A stretch of DNA of 56,975 bases. Source: Coriobacteriia bacterium. GTDB taxonomy: Bacteria; Actinomycetota; Coriobacteriia; Anaerosomatales; SLCP01. Each line of letters begins with the position of its first letter. Position 1 is the stretch's first letter. Positions 52,613-56,975 of the stretch are shown here, in pieces. Both the position numbers and the translations under genes were made by a program. The stretch lies in NCBI GenBank assembly GCA_007125735.1, contig SLCP01000013.1, positions 1 to 56,975 of the forward strand, in the 5' to 3' direction. The notes under the pieces are model-generated. The model did not search any database. It was given only the letters and a program-made list of their open reading frames with translations, and was not told the origin of the DNA.

Positions 52613-53239
52613 TCACGCCTGCTCCGCCTCGGGATCCCGTCGTTTCGTGCGCTCGTCCCATGGCCCGGCGAGCACGTCGCGCGCATGATAGAAGTAGTCG
52701 AACATCGAGACGATGGTGAGCACGACGGCGACACCCATGAGCGCCCATGCGAGCCAACCGAACCATACCGCACCGACATCGCCGAGCAGACGGAGCAGCG
52801 GGCCGGAGTCCTTGACGATGAAGCCGACGATAGCGATCACCTGAAAGACCGTCTTGGCCTTTCCGTAGGCCGAGGCGGCGATGACCTTGCCCTCGGCCAC
52901 CGCGACCATGCGGAGCCCCGAGACGATGAACTCGCGGCTGATGATGATGAGCGCGATCCACGACGGCAGCTCGCCGAGTTCCACGAGAGCGACGAGCGCC
53001 GCCGTCACGAGGAGCTTGTCTGCGAGCGGATCCAAGAACTTGCCGAACGTGGTCACCTCGTTGCGTGAGCGCGCGAGGTAGCCGTCGACTGCGTCGGTCG
53101 CGGCGAGCAGCGTGAAGAGCGCGGCGGCCAACACCGGTCCCCAGTACGGCATGCCCGCAAGCATGCTCACGACGAATACCGGGATGAAGACCATACGGAG
53201 CAGCGTCACCCGGTTCGCCCAGTTCAGAGGAATGTTCAC
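52613..53239 (-). CDS. pgsA: CDP-diacylglycerol--glycerol-3-phosphate 3-phosphatidyltransferase
   Basis: CDP-alcohol phosphatidyltransferase motif DAVDGYLARSRNEVTTFGKFLDPLADK. GTGA overlap with the rimO stop. Confidence 0.9.
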   Translation of the reverse strand: MNIPLNWANRVTLLRMVFIPVFVVSMLAGMPYWGPVLAAALFTLLAATDAVDGYLARSRNEVTTFGKFLDPLADKLLVTAALVALVELGELPSWIALIIISREFIVSGLRMVAVAEGKVIAASAYGKAKTVFQVIAIVGFIVKDSGPLLRLLGDVGAVWFGWLAWALMGVAVVLTIVSMFDYFYHARDVLAGPWDERTKRRDPEAEQA

Positions 53240-54522
53240 GGGAGCACCTCACCCGTCAGGTCGTAGCCGTACGCTTCGGTGATCCGGCATGTGACGAACG
53301 AGCCGGCGTCCACAGCCGCATCGAGGGTGACGATACCATCGACTTCGGGCGCTTGGCCACGCCACCGCCCCACGCCTACGCCGTCCTCGTCGACGCCCTC
53401 TGAGAGCACCTCCAGCGTGCGCCCGACGAGGTCCTCGGCGCGCGCGAAGCCGACTTCATCCGCCGTGTCGCGGACGCGCTGCGTGCGAGCGAGGCGCTCG
53501 TCGTCGGGCACCTGTCCGGGAAGCGAGGCGGCGGCTGTCCCCTCTTCGGGCGAGAACGGGAAGACGCCCACGTAGTCGATCCCGGCGCCCTCGATGAAGT
53601 CGAGAAGCACGTCGACGTCGTCCGCGGTCTCACCCGGGTAGCCCGCGATGAGGCTCGTCCTGAGCACGGCGTCGGGCATGTGGATCCGCACGCGTTCGAT
53701 GAGGCCGAGGAACTCCTCGGCAGAGCCGTGGCGGTTCATCGCGCGCAATATCGGTGCTGACGCGTGCTGGAGCGGGACGTCGAGGTAGTGGCAGACCTCA
53801 GAGGTCGCGGCCATGGTCGCGAGAAGGTCGTCGGTGATGCCGTCCGGCTGCACGTACATGAGGCGCAGCCACCGCAGGTCCGGTATCGCGGCGACGGAGC
53901 GGATCACGTCCGCAAGCGACTCGGACGAATGGAGGTCGCGGCCCCACGACGAGATGTCCTGGCCGATGAGAACGATCTCCCGTGCGCCACGCGCCACGAG
54001 CAGCGCCGCCTCCGCGAGTAGTTCGGCCAGCGGGCGCGAGCGGTACGGACCTCTGATCGTCGGGATCGTGCAATACGCGCACGAACGGAAACAGCCGTCG
54101 GAGACCTGGAGGTATGCCGAGGGACCGGCGTCGATACGGGCCGGGCCCGCGACGTGGCGGTGGGCCTCGCCGGTGAGCCGCTCGATGACGTCGAGGACAC
54201 CGGGCTCCTCGGCCAGCGGGAGGAACGCGTCGGCCTCGGGCATCGCCTCGGTGAGGTCGGACCCGTAGCGCGACACCATGCAGCCGGCCACGATGAGGCG
54301 TCTGCCGGGGGCGGCATCGCGCCACTCGGCGAGGTCGAGCGAGACGCTGACGGCCTCCTCGACGGCGGCCGTGATGAAGCCGCACGTGTTCACGACCGCG
54401 ACGTCGGCGTCATCGAGGGAATCGACGAGCTCGTAGGCGGAGGCGCTGACGAGCGCGCGCATGCGTTCCGAGTCGACCTCGTTCTTGGGACAGCCGAGGG
54501 TGATGAAGGCGACGCGCGTCAC
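53236..54522 (-). CDS. rimO: ribosomal protein S12 methylthiotransferase RimO (radical SAM MTTase)
   Basis: VAFITLGCPKNEVDSE, rSAM CFRSCAYCTIP, C-terminal TRAM LEVLSEGVDEDGVGVGRWRGQAPEVDG. GTG 54522 is the only in-frame start near the conserved N-terminus. The ORF is open to 54780. Confidence 0.85.
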   Translation of the reverse strand: MTRVAFITLGCPKNEVDSERMRALVSASAYELVDSLDDADVAVVNTCGFITAAVEEAVSVSLDLAEWRDAAPGRRLIVAGCMVSRYGSDLTEAMPEADAFLPLAEEPGVLDVIERLTGEAHRHVAGPARIDAGPSAYLQVSDGCFRSCAYCTIPTIRGPYRSRPLAELLAEAALLVARGAREIVLIGQDISSWGRDLHSSESLADVIRSVAAIPDLRWLRLMYVQPDGITDDLLATMAATSEVCHYLDVPLQHASAPILRAMNRHGSAEEFLGLIERVRIHMPDAVLRTSLIAGYPGETADDVDVLLDFIEGAGIDYVGVFPFSPEEGTAAASLPGQVPDDERLARTQRVRDTADEVGFARAEDLVGRTLEVLSEGVDEDGVGVGRWRGQAPEVDGIVTLDAAVDAGSFVTCRITEAYGYDLTGEVLP

Positions 54523-54530
54523 GTGCGACG

Positions 54531-55028
54531 CTAGCGGTAGTTGGTGAATTGGAGCGGGATGCCGTAGTCCTTCTCCTTGAGGAAGGCGATCACCTCTTGG
54601 AGCGTATCGCGCTTCGGGGAGAAGACGCGGAGTTTCGGGCCCTCGATCTGCACCTTGACCTTGAACTTCTCGTCCCTGATCTCCTTGTTGATGCGCCGTG
54701 CCAGCTCGGCCTCGATCCCGTTCACGATGGTCGCGGTCGTGCGGACGGTCCCGCCCGATGCGGCCTCCGGATCCCCCCACGACAAAGCCTTCAGATCGAT
54801 GCCGCGCCGCACGAGCTTGGACTCGAGAACGTCGATGACTTGTTTTGCAACGAACTCGGCGGGGGCCGCAACCGTGACGGTGCCGGTCGACTTGTCGAGT
54901 GCGACGGACGCGCCGGAGCCCTTCAGATCGTAGCGCTGGGATATCTCCTTTGCGGCCTGCTGGACGGCGTTGTCGACCTCCTGCATGTCGACCTCGGAAA
55001 CGATGTCGAAGCTCTGCTCCTTGGCCAT
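54531..55028 (-). CDS. yajQ: YajQ family (UPF0234) nucleotide / cyclic-di-GMP-binding protein
   Basis: 165 aa, SFDIVSEVDMQEVDNAVQQAAKEISQRYDLKG...KFKVKVQIEGPKLRVFSPKRDTLQEVIAFLK...PLQFTNYR. Confidence 0.9.
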   Translation of the reverse strand: MAKEQSFDIVSEVDMQEVDNAVQQAAKEISQRYDLKGSGASVALDKSTGTVTVAAPAEFVAKQVIDVLESKLVRRGIDLKALSWGDPEAASGGTVRTTATIVNGIEAELARRINKEIRDEKFKVKVQIEGPKLRVFSPKRDTLQEVIAFLKEKDYGIPLQFTNYR

Positions 55029-55067
55029 GGATCTCTCCTTCCGGTCACTGCCTCGCGAAGCGAGACG

Positions 55068-55856
55068 TCATTCTGCGGATAAGACGACGGTCGGCGGATC
55101 GCCGGCGGGTATCTCCACGTCCTCACCGTCGCGGTACACGGTGACTGCCGATGGACGGCCGATGCGCACCGACGCCTCCTCGGAGACGGTCCACTCCCGG
55201 GTCTGTCCGCCCGCCATCGTCCCCTCGTAGGCGGTGAGGCCGTCGACGGTAACGCGCAGCCACGACGAGCTGTCGGAATCGACGACGACACGCAGCGAGA
55301 ACGGCTCGCCCGAAGCGGTCACGTCCTCCTCGTCGCCGCCTTCTTCATCGGGCATAGGTTGATCGCCCGATGGATCGGGCACGCCGGGAGTGGCCGGAGG
55401 CGCCGGCACAGTCGTTTCCAGGGTGGGTGTCGTCTCGGGGCTCGTCGGCAGGGGTGGTGGTGGCTCGGGGTCGGACCCAAGCCGCGTGACGCCCCATACG
55501 GCCAGGCCGAGAAGGGCGATGATGGCGACCACGACGAGGATGGCCTTGATGGGCATCGCGTCTCCGTGATCGCGCGACGCGAGCACCGGTTCCGGCAGGT
55601 TGATGGGTGAGCGCCCAGAGTGCCCCGTCTCCTTCTCGTAAAGCTCGAGGAGCGGCCCTGGGTCGAGGCCGAGGTACTTCGCGTAATTCCGGATGTAGCC
55701 GCGTACGTAGGCGGGGCTCGGCAGGACGTCGTACTCACCGGCCTCGAGGGCCGCGAGCAGCTTTCCTCGGATGAAGGTGGCCGATTCCGCATCGGAGATG
55801 GTCTTTCCGAGTGCGCGACGCGCCTGCTCGAGGGTACGTCCGAGCGTCTCGGCCAT
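55068..55856 (-). CDS. RodZ-like protein (HTH_25 domain, TM, Pro-rich linker, DUF4115)
   Basis: LGRTLEQARRALGKTISDAESATFIRGKLLAALEAGEYDVLPSPAYVRGYIRNYAKYLGLD, TM AILVVVAIIALLGLAVW, DUF4115-like LRVVVDSDSSSWLRVTVDG. ATG 55856 with GGAGGAGGGG SD, 4 nt after the ftsK stop. Confidence 0.7.
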   Translation of the reverse strand: MAETLGRTLEQARRALGKTISDAESATFIRGKLLAALEAGEYDVLPSPAYVRGYIRNYAKYLGLDPGPLLELYEKETGHSGRSPINLPEPVLASRDHGDAMPIKAILVVVAIIALLGLAVWGVTRLGSDPEPPPPLPTSPETTPTLETTVPAPPATPGVPDPSGDQPMPDEEGGDEEDVTASGEPFSLRVVVDSDSSSWLRVTVDGLTAYEGTMAGGQTREWTVSEEASVRIGRPSAVTVYRDGEDVEIPAGDPPTVVLSAE

Positions 55857-55860
55857 CGCC

Positions 55861-56975
55861 CTACCCCTCCTCCGACACGTCGCTTCTGTCGTTACGCTCG
55901 AAAGCCTTGATGGCCTCAAGCTCCTCTACATCGACGAGCACCTCACGCGGCTTGGACCCGTCAGGAGTGCCGACGACACCTCTTGTTTCGAGCATGTCCA
56001 TGATACGTCCTGCACGAGCGTACCCCACTTTGAGTCTCCGCTGCAGCAGTGAGGTCGATCCGATCCCCGAGGTGACCACGATGTCGGCGGCTTCCCACAA
56101 GAGTGGGTCGTCGTCTGAGGCATCGGCGGCACCACTCGACGTCGTGACTTTGAGGTGGAGGATCTCTTCGTGGTAGTCCGGTTCGGCCTGGGCCTTCAAG
56201 TGTCCGACGACCGCGCCGATCTCCGCCTCCGTCACGAACGCGCCCTGGATCCGGCGGGGCTTGGGCCATGCGGGCGTCGCGAATAGCATGTCGCCCTCGC
56301 CGACAAGCTTCTCGGCGCCGGCCTGGTCGAGGATGACGCGTGAGTCGATGCCCGAGGAGACCGCGAACGCGATCCGGTTGGTGATATTGGTCTTGATGAG
56401 ACCGGTGATTATGTCGGTCGACGGGCGCTGGGTAGCGACAACGAGGTGGATGCCCGCTGCACGCGCGAGTTGCGCAAGGCGACAGATGGAGTCCTCGACC
56501 TCCTTCGCGGCGACCATCATGAGGTCGGCGAGCTCGTCGATCACGATCATGAGGTACGGCATCTCCTCGGCGCCCTCCGGTGCGGTGCCGTCTTGGACCA
56601 TCGCGTTGTACGCGCCGATGTTCCGCGCGCCGGCCTTCTGCAGGCGCTTCAGGCGTGTGTCCATCTCGGTGACCGCCCAGTGCAGTGCGCTCGCAGCCTC
56701 TTTGGGCTCGGTCACCACCTGCACGTAGAGGTGCGGTACGCCGTTGTAGAGCGAGAGCTCGATGCGTTTGGGGTCGATGAGGATGAGGCGGACCTCGGCC
56801 GGTGTCGCGCGCATGAGCACTGACATGAGGAGTGCGTTGATGCAGACCGACTTACCAGTCCCGGTCGATCCGGCGATCAGCAGGTGTGGCATGGTCGCGA
56901 GATCGGCGACGACGCTGTCGCCCGCGACGTCCTTTCCGATGCCGAGGAGCAGCGGGCCGGCGCTCTGCGTTGCCG
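55861..56975 (-). CDS. ftsK: DNA translocase FtsK (motor and gamma domains); 5' part outside window
   Basis: The frame stays open to the window edge (…LLLGIGKDVAGDSVVADLATMPHLLIAGSTGTGKS). Walker A GSTGTGKS, Walker B LMIVIDELADL, gamma domain LLQRRLKVGYARAGRIMDMLETRGVVG. Confidence 0.9.
   Translation of the reverse strand, partial: ATQSAGPLLLGIGKDVAGDSVVADLATMPHLLIAGSTGTGKSVCINALLMSVLMRATPAEVRLILIDPKRIELSLYNGVPHLYVQVVTEPKEAASALHWAVTEMDTRLKRLQKAGARNIGAYNAMVQDGTAPEGAEEMPYLMIVIDELADLMMVAAKEVEDSICRLAQLARAAGIHLVVATQRPSTDIITGLIKTNITNRIAFAVSSGIDSRVILDQAGAEKLVGEGDMLFATPAWPKPRRIQGAFVTEAEIGAVVGHLKAQAEPDYHEEILHLKVTTSSGAADASDDDPLLWEAADIVVTSGIGSTSLLQRRLKVGYARAGRIMDMLETRGVVGTPDGSKPREVLVDVEELEAIKAFERNDRSDVSEEG

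Noticed and set aside
1-56975. Search by eye for CRISPR repeats, IS elements or transposases, integrases, tRNA/rRNA genes, toxin-antitoxin pairs and known defence-system signatures.
   Set aside because: None found. Every gap larger than 100 nt is accounted for above, and all coding-like ORFs belong to housekeeping or envelope functions. The small nuclease-fold, GHKL and Nudix genes are embedded in conserved core synteny rather than in an island context.

Overview
High-GC (roughly 65%), tightly packed chromosomal core segment, most consistent with an anaerobic member of the Actinomycetota (Coriobacteriia-like). I call 64 protein-coding genes, two of them cut by the window edges. I see no rRNA or tRNA genes, no CRISPR array, and no transposase, integrase or other mobile-element signature.

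Gene order:
- Phosphohexomutase 3' end, then the DUF881-sbp-DUF881 division cluster and a VanW/G5 protein.
- paaK-like ligase plus ACT protein.
- Prepilin-like gene plus a degenerate-GGDEF membrane protein.
- D,D-carboxypeptidase fused in register to gcvT-gcvH-gcvPA-gcvPB and a lipoate ligase.
- Two small helical proteins, then FHA-MerR and a small nuclease-fold protein.
- hpt and apt.
- A divergent pair of coiled-coil cell-wall hydrolases (RlpA-type and NlpC/P60).
- iorAB-ACT, two substrate-binding proteins, livHMGF-type ABC genes and a second paaK.
- Three unknown genes.
- The minus-strand chain nrdR-nrdD-redoxin-nrdG-dut-NUDIX.
- A LysM (ChiZ-like) gene divergent from lexA.
- hflX-dapL-dapF-miaA, a Memo/LigB-AMMECR1 fusion, miaB, PHP and spoVS.
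- A GHKL ATPase, rny, recX-recA, thpR-cinA-pgsA-rimO, yajQ, a rodZ-like gene and ftsK.

This reads as conserved housekeeping synteny, not an accessory island. From memory, two blocks are collinear with the M. tuberculosis Rv1823-Rv1832 and Rv2718c-Rv2737c neighbourhoods, interleaved with Firmicute-style rny/spoVS/cinA-pgsA-rimO.

I did not find a clear-cut novel multi-gene system. The best leads are:
1. An RsiG-like single-motif candidate c-di-GMP coiled-coil protein with an unknown 84-aa partner, upstream of FHA-MerR.
2. A degenerate GGDEF protein with an intact I-site, coupled to an orphan pilin.
3. A GHKL ATPase sitting where ymdB sits in Firmicutes.
4. A Memo/LigB-AMMECR1 fusion wedged between miaA and miaB.
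5. An uptake, CoA-ligase and IOR module for aryl acids or aromatic amino acids.
6. A dense SOS control region (four Cheo boxes plus a RecA-NDp-like motif) between lexA and the ChiZ-like gene.

All functional calls rest on motifs read by eye. No database search was run.
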